Source: Octopus sinensis (Eukaryota). From it: a stretch of 44,806 bases of DNA. Each line of letters opens with the position of its first letter. The first letter of the stretch is position 1. Below, in pieces: positions 1 through 11,063 of this stretch. Both the position numbers and the translations under genes were made by a program. The notes below the pieces were generated by a model, which worked only from the letters and a program-made list of their open reading frames with translations, searched no databases and was not told the origin of the DNA. The stretch is from contig NW_021835121.1 in assembly GCF_006345805.1 (NCBI RefSeq), forward strand, positions 1 to 44,806, written 5' to 3'.

Positions 1-895
1 AATGAAGGGTGAAATTAATTAATTTGGAATAATTATTAATTACACAAGTATCTTCGGCATGTAAAAGCCTCGTTCGAGGAAATTTAAGTAATACTAAGCA
101 ATAAAGGGTTTAAATAGCTATACCTCTTTGACTGCTATTTCTAAATTCGGTCTGTGGTAAGGCAATTCGTTGCTAAACCCTTTATTGCTTAGTATTACTT
201 AAATTTTCCTCGAACGAGGCTTTTACATGCCGAAGACTACTTGGTGTAATTGATAATTATTCCAATTAATTAATTTCACCCTTCATTATTACGGATAACC
301 ATATTTTATCTCGGTAGATGACCACAGCATCTTGTTTTGGCTACACGCGGGTGGGAAGGGGCTGGTGACACAATCTTTTCATTCACACTTTGAATTTGGT
401 GATACTAGTTGCGGATTCTAGCGCGCTCTGATACTGAGTTGAGTTGGTGCCTTCTAGTATCTCAAAATTCAATATATAATCATTTATGATTATAGTATTC
501 TACTACGCTGAAGAGAAAAGAAGTTTGGGCAAGGTAGAATTATTTAATATTTAATCTCTTTGCTTTCCTAAAAACTTGATTTCGAAACGTGCGTCCGTAG
601 ATAACTTAAAATTGTATGATAGATTGCCGTCAATTCATTCTCTCTTACCTGTTTGTGTCTGCCTTCCAATTGCTGTGTTTTTTTTACTGAGATCTCCCTT
701 TTAGTAGAAGAAATAGCTATAACCTCTTGACTGCTATTTCTAATTCGGTCTGTGGTAAGGCAATTCGTTGCTAAACCCTTTATTGCTAGTATTACTTAAA
801 TTTTCCTCGAACGAGGCTTTTACATGCCGAAGACTACTTGGTGTAATTGATAATTATTCCAAATTAATTAATTTCACCCTTCATTATTACGGATA
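1..895 (+). mobile_element. Penelope-type pseudo-LTR / retrozyme-like element with 5' inverted segment and partial tandem repeat
   Basis: 1-112 is the reverse complement of 174-287. 112-297 is repeated directly at 711-895 (period about 599). It contains a canonical HHR at 503-600 and ends in (TA)n at about 897. Confidence 0.7.
503..600 (+). ncRNA. Type I hammerhead ribozyme, canonical core, long stem II
   Basis: Stem I CUACG(503-507)/CGUAG(596-600). Core CUGAAGA 508-514. G515-C583 closes an extended stem II (GAAA/UUUC, AAGUUU/AAACUU, GCAAGG/CUUUGC). GAAA 584-587, stem III AC-GUGC-GU, GUC triplet 593-595. Confidence 0.85.
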
Positions 896-896
896 T

Positions 897-898
897 AA

Positions 899-965
<67 letters not shown>

Positions 966-976
966 ATGTATGTATG

Positions 977-1007
<31 letters not shown>

Positions 1008-1140
1008 GTATATGTATGTATATATATACATGTATATATGTATATATTCATGCGTACACACATGCATACAAATGTATGGCACATAATACACATAATACAC
1101 GCGCGCGCACACACACACACACATATATATATATATACAT
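897..1140. repeat. Compound (TA)n/(TATG)n/(CA)n microsatellite
   Basis: Direct inspection. Confidence 0.95.
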
Positions 1141-1309
1141 AGAATGTCATTCTTCACTTTTATTTCAAGATTTCTTGCCAATAGACAAAGATCCGGTTTC
1201 TAACCTAGATCCAAGGCACCTTCATTGGAATTTCAATATCAACAACAGGATATTCTTCTATGTATGCATGTATATATATGCGTGTGTGTGTGTGTGTGTG
1301 TGCGTATTG

Positions 1310-1470
1310 TAAATTCCCCAAAAGAAGAAAAACAAACACAAAAAAACAACAACGCGAGGACGTGGTACATGTAAAGTATCAGTAGACACTCAGGGAAGGA
1401 GAGAAATATGGTTTGACGTTTCGAGCTGACGCTCTTCTTCGGAAACAGAGGAAAGTCCAATAGAAAGGGT
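1310..1470 (-). mobile_element. Short HHR-bearing repeat (PLE pLTR-like), family 2
   Basis: Minimal HHR followed on the minus strand by a T-rich tail that runs into a (CA)n/(TA)n tract. Confidence 0.5.
1411..1446 (-). ncRNA. Minimal type I hammerhead (U4C variant)
   Basis: Minus strand GUUU-CCGAAGA-A-GAGC(GUCA)GCUC-GAAA-C-GUC-AAAC. Stem I 4 bp, stem II 4 bp, loopless palindromic stem III (ACGU). Confidence 0.65.
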
Positions 1471-1589
1471 CGATGTAACTGACTTACCCCCACCCCCGAA
1501 CTTACTGGCCTTGTGCCAGAATTTGAAATTTACATACAGTTGAACCCTACATACGTAATATAGTGAGCGGGAAAACTTCAACCAGTTAA

Positions 1590-1686
1590 ATCTACATTAT
1601 TACATTATTTATATTTGACGGATATTTGTTCTCATCTTGTTTGTTGTTAACACAACGTTTCGGTTGATATACCCTCAAGCCTTCGT
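1590..1686 (-). mobile_element. Truncated HHR-bearing repeat (3' half of the ribozyme plus tail)
   Basis: Minus strand ...ACGA-A-GGCUUG..CAACC-GAAAC-GUU. The CUGA part of the core is missing. Confidence 0.4.
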
Positions 1687-2002
1687 AAAAATTGCAGGCT
1701 TTGATCCCTTTAACAGACCGGCGTCATGTTCAGAGGATGAACATTTATGCGCCTTGAAATCAGGTAAATGGCTTTTTGAATATAGGATCCAAGAAAAATA
1801 AAAAGGGAGATAATACATTTTACCTCAGTTCAGTCATGACGAAAAAACGTTGAATCAAAGGAGTTCCAACAATGACCATCTCGTCTGATATAAAGGAAAA
1901 TACTATACCGTTGTCAGTATCTTAGGTTTCTTTCCTCAGAAATTTACCGTACATGCCGATGTATAAGACGTAAATGTAACTAAAAACTTCTTCTGGAATC
2001 AC

Positions 2003-2559
2003 TAGCCCTCAAATTTGGGGGAAGGGATTAAGTCGATTACATCGACCCCAGTGCGTAACTGGTACTTAATTTATCGACCCCGAAAGGACGAAAGGGAAAG
2101 TCGATCCGGATGGCTTTTGAACTCAGAACGTAAAGACAGACGTAATACCTATTTTTTACTGCCTACAAGGGGCTAAACACAGAGGAGACAAACAAGAACA
2201 GACAGATTAAGGCGATTATATCGACCCCAGTGCGTAACTGGTACTTAATTTATTGACCCCGAAAGGATGAAAGGCAAAGTCTACCTCGGCGGGATTTGAA
2301 CTCAGAAAGTAGCGGCAGAAGAAATACCTATTTCTTTACTACCCACAAGGGGCTAAACACAGAGAGGACAAACAAGGACAGACAAACGGAATAAGTCGAT
2401 TATATCGACCCCAGTGCGTAACTGGTACTTATTTAATCGACCCCGAAAGGATGAAAGGCAAAGTCGACCTCGGCGGAATTTGAACTCAGAACGTAGCGGC
2501 AGACGAAATACCGCAAAGCATTTCGCCCGGCGTGCTAACGTTTCTGCCAGGTCACCGCC
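2003..2559 (-). mobile_element. tRNA-derived SINE family A, three internal tandem units
   Basis: A-box-like head (CTGGCAGAAACGTTAGC) once. B-box GAGTTCAAATTCC plus GCCTTTCATCCTTTCGGGGTCGAT..AAGTACCAG body three times, about 183 bp apart. Confidence 0.85.
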
Positions 2560-2949
2560 ATGCGTCTAATGCAACCGAATAATGGAAGAGATACCTCAGT
2601 GTATGCGCATATGATGAAAGATATCAAATTTGTGTCTTCCTCAAAAATTACTGTTTTTTCTACCACTACCTCCCCAGTAGAAAAGTCGAGGTTTGTCTTG
2701 TGCGACGTTTTATACACTGGCAAATACAGCATGACAGTATGAATCTGAAGGTTTCCCCAAATATTATTTGCTCATGTAGCAATACGAATTCTCTTTTTTT
2801 TTTTCTTCATGCAGTAAAATTCAAATGTTTTTGCATGCAGCAATATTCAGATTTTAGTGCATTTAGCGATATTCAAGTGTTTCTGCATGCATTGATATTT
2901 AAATTCAGATGTCGACTGGAATGAAACAAAAAAAAATGGGAACAATAGA

Positions 2950-3300
2950 AATCAAAATAAATAAAATTTAAAATAAATTATGATAATACAATTTAATACG
3001 CATTTTTTTCAACATTCGGAGCAAAATTAATACAATTTAATATAATTTATGATAATAATGTAATTTAGGTTAATCAAAAATTACAATCGATACTTGTCTG
3101 TCACTATGTACAAGAACGCCAAAAAACACTTGTAAAATGTTTGTTATTATCCAATTCAAATTTTAACAATACGAATCAAAATTAATACAATTTATGATAA
3201 TAATGCAATTTAAAATAATTAAGAATTATAATCGATATTCCTCTCTCACCATGTATGGTAATAATGCAGAAAACGCGCGTAAATTTTTGTTATCGCATTC
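2950..3300. repeat. AT-rich imperfect tandem duplication (about 150-160 bp units)
   Basis: CAAAATTAATACAATTT..ATGATAATAATG..AATCGATA..TCAC.ATGTA recurs at about 3020 and 3177. Confidence 0.55.
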
Positions 3301-3434
3301 GCTCTTACGCCACGAATTCTTTCATATATGACGGCAAAAATAGCTTTCATTCCTTTTCGGTTCCTTATTTTTTTTATTTCACTCTCTTTAAGAGAGATTC
3401 GATGGTCTGGGTCTTTATATTTCCATAATCGTTT

Positions 3435-3650
3435 TATCTTTTACTTGTTTCAGTCATTAGAGTGCGGCCATGCTGGGGCACCGCCTTCAAGGTTTTAGTC
3501 GAACAAATCAAACCTGATATTTAGTTTTGACACTGGTACATTTTTATCGGTAACTTATACCGAGCCGCTAACTTAGGGGACGTAAGCAAACCCTCGCCCG
3601 TTGTCAAGCGGTGATGGGGATAAACATAAGCCCAAGCACAGAGACATTCA
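3435..3650 (-). mobile_element. SINE family B, 3' part
   Basis: TTTTACTTGTTTCAGTCATT..GCGGCCATGCTGG.GCACCGCC tail shared with 11064-11442. Confidence 0.75.
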
Positions 3651-4139
3651 CGCTGTTTTACCTCCAGTTTTTTCTCATGTTTTTTCACAGCCCAGCGTCC
3701 TGGTTTTCAAAACACTGAGTCTGAGAGATTGCTTCGAGATAACATGGCGTGTTTTATAAATCTACCAAATTATTGTATCTCTACAGCATTTAGTAGCACT
3801 TCTGTAAATTATCTCTGTTCAATGATTATCTGTCTCTCACTGGTATTTCTTCTGCCGCTACTTTCTGAGTTTATTTTCCGTCCATCCTACCTATAACGGA
3901 AACTGAAAAATATATTCAGTGATCCCTCGTCATATCGCGCTTCAACTATTGCGGTTTATTATTTAAACTTACGTCGATTCCGTAGTGTTGTTTTGCATTT
4001 ATAATAGAAATAAATACATACAAATTGTAAATAATAATAAAAAATATACAGTACAATACTATTTCTACTTCGCGGATTTTCACCTATCACGAGGTGGGGT
4101 GTTGGAACGTAATACCCACGGTAGTCGAGGGATTACTGT

Positions 4140-4385
4140 ATGTATATGTTTCTGTGTATGTAAGTATTTGTGCCTGTGTTTGTTTCCCACCACTGCTTGA
4201 CAACCGGTGTTGGTTAGTTTGCGTCCCCGTAAATTATCGCTTCTGCATCAGAGACAGAAAGAATAAGTACGAGGCATGAAAAATATTAAAAATGTATTGG
4301 GGTCGATTCGTTTGACTAAATATACTTGGAGACGGTGCTCCAGCAAGGCCGCAGTCTAATGACTGAGACAAGTAAAAGAGGAAAA
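4140..4385 (+). mobile_element. SINE family B, 3' part
   Basis: CTTGACAACCGGTG...GGTGCTCCAGCA.GGCCGCAGTC..ATGACTGAGACAAGTAAAAGAG. Confidence 0.75.
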
Positions 4386-4540
4386 GGTAAATGAAAAAAT
4401 ATACACGTACATGCATGCATGTGTATGTGCTTGTGTGTGTATGTGTGTGTGTGTGTGTGTAATGGTATATACGTGTCTATGTATATACGACAAATTTTTG
4501 AGCATTTTTCTGTCTACCAAATTCTACTAACAAATTATTC

Positions 4541-4941
4541 TTTTGGGGTGGAAGCCAGTCGATTAGATCGACCCCAGTACGCAATAGGTACTTGATTTAT
4601 CGACCCCGAAAGGATGAAACGCTAAGTCGACCTCGGCGGAATTTGAACTCGGAACGTAAAGACAGACGAAATACTGCTAAGCATTTCGCCCGATGTGCTA
4701 ACGTTTCTTATTTCTTTATTGCCCACAAGGGGCTAAACACAGAGAGGACGAACAAGGAGAGACAAAGGGATTAAGTCGATTACATCGACCCCAGGGCGTA
4801 ACTGGTACTTAATTTATCGACCCCGAGAGGATGAAAGGCAAAGTCGACCTCGGCGGAATTTGAACTCAGAACGTAAAGGCAGACGAAATATCACTAAACA
4901 TTTCGCACGATGTGCTAACGTTTCTGCCAGCTCGCCGCCTT
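4541..4941 (-). mobile_element. SINE family A, two tandem units
   Basis: Same head and body as 2003-2559. Confidence 0.85.
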
Positions 4942-5669
4942 CTACTGAGAAATTATTGTTACTAAAAATCTATACAAGAAGACATTTTCCAATATGGCGT
5001 CGAATATAAAGCACGCGGTTTCCAGCGAGGGTTCGTGTGAATGTATGTATAGACATATGTGTAGGTGCGCATATATGTATATTATATGTACTTACGTATG
5101 CGTGTGTATGTAAGGCAGTGTTGATATGTAGGTGTTTGTAATAAAAACAAACGAAACTAATCCGTGTGCGTCGGTGGGAATATCAGTGTGTGTACGAATG
5201 TGCACTTGATTACATTACACATTAACAATATAAACAACAAACACACACGTACATATACATAAAACATAAATATACATACATACACGTACACTTAAATATT
5301 ACGCATATTTGTTCACACACACTCACACTAATATATACATACATATATATATATATAAACACATATACATATGTATGTGTGTGTGCATGTGTGTACATAT
5401 TTACATGCTTAAATACATCTACAGAATACAGATATGTATGTGTGTATGTATGTATGTAGGTAGGTACGTATGTATGTATATAAACAGATGTCTATGTATT
5501 CCAGTAGATGTATGTTTGTAGTTCTGATGACACTACAGGGGAAGAAAAATAGTTATGCTGCCCGCAGAACGCACACACGTATACATGACACACATGCAAA
5601 CGTGCATACATAGATACATTAATACAAACATACATGCATATATATATATGTGTATGTATAGTAGATGAA

Positions 5670-5860
5670 ACGATGGCGACTGAAGAAGGGGTTTTTTCTT
5701 TGTGTTAATTGTCCTGTACTCTATTTTTTTGTTGTTTAAAAAAATGTCCAGTTCCTTGGGGTTGGTTTCTATGTTTTCGTTCTCATTGTGTTCGACTGTT
5801 TTTTTGGTGTCCTGTACTCATATATGCGTGTATAATACATGTAGAGTTTGGTACTTACAT
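5670..5860 (+). repeat. Dispersed repeat family (also 28155-28380 and 40160-40330) ending in (TA)n
   Basis: Shared CTGANGAAGGGG..TTTT.C.TTGTG..GTCC.GTACTCT.TTTTT..AAAAAAATG..G.GTCCTGTAC.CAT(A)TATGC blocks. Confidence 0.6.
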
Positions 5861-5900
5861 ATATGCATATATATATATATATATGCATATGTTTTATTTA

Positions 5901-5937
<37 letters not shown>

Positions 5938-5956
5938 ATATACATACATACATATA

Positions 5957-6028
<72 letters not shown>

Positions 6029-6070
6029 ATATACATACATATATATATTATATATATATATACATATACA
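5860..6070. repeat. (TA)n microsatellite
   Basis: Direct inspection. Confidence 0.95.
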
Positions 6071-6637
6071 TGTACAAAGACACAACAATATTTGTAGACA
6101 CAAACATTCATTCTGGAACACACATGCGTCTACACACAGAATACTCAGCACTTAATACTCAGCATTAAAACCCGGCATGGAGACGTAAGAGCCAATGAAG
6201 AGGAGCTGTTTTGTGTGTGTGTTTGTGTGTGTGTGTGTGGTCGGTGAGAGAGAGAGAGAGACAGACAGACAAAGGGTGATAAAGAAAGAAAAAAGGGAAG
6301 AAAGAAATAACATGTAAGGGTACGTACTGGTACTCTTATACAAAACACATCCACTTACTTGAATGCGCACACACACCGTGCACAAACATTTACACACCAC
6401 GCGCACAGGCATGCACTCACACACACATGCACACACTCGGATACACTCACACATGTCCACACAAACATACACCTACAGTACCCCCCCACACACACAAAGA
6501 GGTCCGCTGATGTATAAACATGTAATTACGTAATTATATTCCACACGTAACAAAGGCAAATTTATAACAAATGAAAGTAACTTTGACTTATAAATAACTG
6601 TCACACACACACACACACACACACACACCACACATAA

Positions 6638-6668
<31 letters not shown>

Positions 6669-6757
6669 AGACAATTCCTTCGCTGATATCCAAATAATGG
6701 AACACAGACACGCAGTTATTTACACACTGGTTCAAACACTATGTATAATTCTGTCTG

Positions 6758-6812
<55 letters not shown>

Positions 6813-6901
6813 CCCTCTTTCTCTCTCTCTCTCTGTATATATATATATATATAATATATATATATACACACAAACATACACAAATACATACATATATATA
6901 A

Positions 6902-7078
6902 GCGTTATTACGTTCTGAGTTCAAATTCCACAGAGGTCGACTTTGCCATTCATCTTTTCGGGGTCGATTAAATAAGTACCAGTTGCGTACTGGGGTTGAT
7001 GTAATCGACTTAATCCCTTTGTCTGTCCTTGTTTGTCCCCTCTATGTTTAGCCCCTTGTGGCCAATAAAGAAATAAAT
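6902..7078 (+). mobile_element. SINE family A, single unit lacking A-box head
   Basis: TACGTTCTGAGTTCAAATTCC...TAAAGAAATA. Confidence 0.8.
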
Positions 7079-7229
7079 ATGTATATGTGTGTATATATCA
7101 ATATCTATATCTCTATCTATCTATCTAGCTATATCTATCTATCTAGCTATCTTCTATCTATCTATCTATCTATCTATCTATAATCTATCTATTATAATAT
7201 ATATATATATATATATAATATACATATAC

Positions 7230-7276
<47 letters not shown>

Positions 7277-7282
7277 ATATAG

Positions 7283-7347
7283 ATATCAACCATTGAGGGT
7301 AAAATTAATTAATCAATTTCACCAAGTGTTCAGTATGTAAAAGGACC

Positions 7348-7350
<3 letters not shown>
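7283..7350 (-). mobile_element. 3' tail fragment related to the 1-895 element, flanked by (TA)n
   Basis: AGGGTAAAATTAATTAAT..ATTTCACCAAGTGTTCAGTATG matches 29703-29780 and the arm at 1-60. Confidence 0.6.
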
Positions 7351-7396
<46 letters not shown>

Positions 7397-7517
7397 TATA
7401 TATATATATTATGTAGTACGCATGTGAGGCGGTGCTCAGCACGGCCGCAGGCAAATGACTGGAACGTGTGAAAGACATGTATGTATATACATATATATAT
7501 ATTTGTATGTATATACA

Positions 7518-7559
<42 letters not shown>

Positions 7560-8327
7560 TATATATATGTGTGTGTATGTATGTATATACATGTGTGTCT
7601 GTGTGTGTATGTATGTATATATGTATATACATACATATACATGCGTATACGGACGCACATGTATATATATGTGTTGTACACAAGCATCCACATACAGAAA
7701 GAGGAAAAATTCCATAGGCCAAGTAAAATATTCCATTCGTATGGAAGATCTCTAAAGAAAACACACCGGAAGACAAAACAAACGAACATAATATGACACA
7801 GAGAGCATTAACACATTAAATACCCGATGCATTCACCTCTTCAGCATGTTAAAATAGGATTCGTATTATACCAAATGAAAATGCTTATAGCTAAGCATCA
7901 AGTTATCCTGACCCGACGCACGTTTGCTTCTAACAGCCATACACTGGCTAAACCTGCTACACTTCCGTCTTTCTCAACAAGTGACTCCAACAGATAATGA
8001 AGCACCTTATACAGTTTAATATATGTCACACAGAGGAGGAACCGGAATTTAGGAGGACCCGAAAGGTTCCTCTTATGCTATTTGCAATGGGTATAGAAGT
8101 TTTTACTCCAAATGTCTTCTACAGAAAGAACTCAATTTGTAATAAGAGACTTGTTTGGTACAGTTGATAAATTTATGGTGAAATGAAATTTTCAAGAAAT
8201 ATTTACGTGTATATAAAATTTTACAAGACACAGTACAAACACACGCTCAAACCTATGCATACACACGAACTCACGTACATATACATACATATATCTTCAT
8301 CACACACACACACACAAACACACACAC

Positions 8328-8364
<37 letters not shown>

Positions 8365-8367
<3 letters not shown>

Positions 8368-8597
8368 TTTATTTCATTTACTTGTTTCAGTCACTTGACT
8401 ATGGCTATGCTGGAGCCACCGCCTTAGTCGAAGAATTCGACCCCGGGACTTATTCTTTGTAAGCCTAGTACTATTATTCTATCCGTCTCATTTGCCTAAG
8501 CGCCGTTACGGGAACGTAAACATGCTAATATCGATTGTCAAGTGATGGGGGGAGAGGAAGAATCCCAGACACACAAACACACACACACAAACATATA
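8365..8597 (-). mobile_element. SINE family B, 3' part
   Basis: Tail and body homologous to 11064-11280. Confidence 0.8.
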
Positions 8598-8648
8598 TAT
8601 TTTATTATATTTCTGCTGCTTTTAAATAATATATATATATTATATATA

Positions 8649-8696
<48 letters not shown>

Positions 8697-8718
8697 TATA
8701 TATATATATATATATATA

Positions 8719-9756
8719 TCCTTGTCTACATCCCCGACTGTTAAGTTTTCGCTTCGCTTCCTGTTTACAATTGTCAGTTTTTAGCGAAGCGATCAATATT
8801 TGATTCTCACGATCAGCGGACCTAATTCTGCATTTCACTACTCACAGTTTTTAACTGCTAAACCTTATTATTGCAGTTTCATGATTTGAATCTTAAACCT
8901 TAAAAACTTCATTCATACATTTATATACTTACATACTTTTTGCGCATATACATTTATATATTAGATTCAATATATTAGCCTTGATAAAGTTAACCTTTAA
9001 AATGCCACGACGAGTAAGAGTACGAGTGGGTACTTATACTTCACAAGCAGCTCTAATGCGACAACAGCGATCTCAAGTTAGTCTCCGATTCATTATATTT
9101 GACATACAATTATTCTTCGTCTATTCTACTTCAATATCTAAACAGTTATATGCATATTGCTGTAATTAATTTAGACATTGCATTAATAGACATTTTTCCA
9201 ACATCTCCAAATAACTAAATGCTGGCAATGCATGCAGAGTTTTCAATTAAATTTGATTACACTTTGAATGCTCATAACTCCGATAATTCTGCATTTTTCC
9301 AGTTAAACCTTTTCGATGATAGTAGAAATTTTTGATTCCAGATCGTATTTAATAGGTGTGTCCCAATCCGGCTTTTTCTCATGGACAGCTCTATGGCAGA
9401 TGCTCTAACGTTCGAAATCCGGAAACTTTCTTCATCTATGCACCCAACGGCAAAACCCTGCAAGACTGGAACAAAGATGGCTCTCCCTCCGACAGCCTCT
9501 CTCGACAAACTTCGAAAACTTTTCTCGCCAACCTCCGAAAACCTCTATCTCCAGCCTCCAACAGTCTCTCCCTCCTCCAATAATCTCTCCAGCCTCCAAC
9601 AATCTCTCCCTTCTCCAGACGACAGTTTTTTGTATATTTTCACGTCGGAAGATACACATTTTGTGGCAGTTAAATAACGAAATTCCTTTTTATATCAGAG
9701 TAATAAGGTGTTTAAATAAAGCGTTTAAATAAAACATCTTACCCTTATACAGCTAG
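8719..9756 (+). mobile_element. Internally deleted Helitron with both termini
   Basis: A|TC 5' end at 8719 and CTAG|T 3' end at 9753-9756. 10-bp hairpin 9704-9713/9732-9741 lies 11 nt before CTAG. No TSD; sits in (AT)n. Contains a helicase remnant. Confidence 0.7.
9295..9470 (+). pseudogene. Helitron PIF1-like helicase C-terminal remnant
   Basis: FPVKPF... then PAFSHGQLYGRCSNVRNPETFFIYAPNGKT, matching the FSHGQLYVAxSRV motif. Confidence 0.7.
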
Positions 9757-9772
9757 TATATATATATATATA

Positions 9773-9802
<30 letters not shown>

Positions 9803-9803
<1 letters not shown>

Positions 9804-9940
9804 TTCGTAATGAGAAAAAAACACCAAGGCTATGTAGATTTTAGAACATTTATAGATAGAATGTCTTACAGCTGTTTCCTGGATATTTATTATATCACTT
9901 CATCGGAGACGGTGTGAGAGGATGGTTAAATAATAGTTAA
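9803..9940 (-). mobile_element. Short HHR-bearing repeat, family 3, between two (TA)n tracts
   Basis: HHR at 9863-9910 followed by a tail that ends in (TA)n. Confidence 0.55.
9863..9910 (-). ncRNA. Type I hammerhead (U4C), palindromic stem III
   Basis: GUCU-CCGAUGA-A-GUGAUAU(AAUAA)AUAUCCAG-GAAA-C(AGCU)GU-A-AGAC. Stem III is the palindrome ACAGCUGU with a GUA triplet. The base of stem II is imperfect. Confidence 0.6.
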
Positions 9941-10003
9941 TATATATATATATATGCATTCATTCACATACAAATCACACAGACATACATATGTACGTAG
10001 ATT

Positions 10004-10150
10004 AGAAGTGGGAGACCGTGGATGACATATGTTGATGCCCTAAGTACAAACACTGGTCTCTGGGATATAAAGGACATGGAAGTATTGATGAGGGATAAAG
10101 GTCGTTGAAGAGAACTCGTCCATGGATCTCGGGAATTTTACCCGACCTAA
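10004..10150 (+). mobile_element. RTE/RTE-X-like LINE 3' end remnant
   Basis: Translates GRPWMTYVDALSTNTGLWDIKDMEVLMRDKGR*RELVHGSREFYPT*, like RTE-group C-termini, followed by a (CAGA)n tail. Confidence 0.5.
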
Positions 10151-10982
10151 ACAGACAGACAGATATGTACGTGTGTGTGCATGTGTGGGTATGAGTGTGG
10201 GTGTGTGTGTAACTGTGTGTCAATAAGCGTGAATATACACTCTATATATATAGGCCGGTAGGAGCGTATATTAATAACAATGCACAACCACTGTGTGTGA
10301 GGGTGTGTGTATGTGTGCGTAAGTACATGTGTGTATGTATGTTGATATACGTGTATATTAAAGTATCGCCACGAATATATACATACAGACACACAAGCCC
10401 GTATACACACATGAGCATAGTCACAGAGCCACGCACAAAGACATATACACGGCTACATGTTCACACATACACACACAAACTTGGGACTCTTTTCTCACAT
10501 ACGCTGTAGATATGAATGACAATAAATTCATATATATACATACCAGGAATACCTTAGATAATACATGCCCACTTACAGCTGACATGAATGTGTAGGTTTA
10601 AATAACAACAATAAAACCAAACAAACAAACCACCACCAACAACAACAACAACCACAATCAAAGCAAAAGGACGACAATAATAACTAAGATAGCGGCAGCA
10701 ATAACAACAACAACAGCACAAGTAACAATAATTACATAAATAGGAAAAGCAACAACAATGATTAGCTTATGGCACGTGTGTTTGTGTGTGTGTGTATGTG
10801 TGTGTGTGTGTGTGTGTGAGTGTACTGTGTATATATGTATGTATATATGCCTGTATATATGTATGTATATATCTATGCAAGAATGCATGTATATATATAT
10901 GCATATATATTTATATACATCTCTGGGGCTGTGTTTTTTGTGTGCGCGTGTATGTGTGTATGCGTGTGTATAAATGTATGTG

Positions 10983-11015
<33 letters not shown>

Positions 11016-11063
11016 TATATACATATATATATATTTATATATATATACCTATACATACATATA

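Noticed and set aside
2003-2559. Regular repeats resembling a CRISPR array
   Set aside because: Units are about 183-bp SINE bodies without unique spacers; eukaryotic context with no cas genes
2597-2720. Possible minus-strand exon (YKTSHKTNLDFSTGEVVVEK...)
   Set aside because: Splice-like sites exist but there is no recognisable homology and no partner exon
5680-5720. CUGAAGA (and CUGAUGA at 28174) followed by a G-rich stem as a hammerhead
   Set aside because: No downstream GAAA or NUH in either copy; kept only as a dispersed repeat
7915-7927. Minus-strand CAAACGUGCGUC resembling the stem III of 503-600
   Set aside because: G12 is missing and there is no pairing with a core in type I or type II topology
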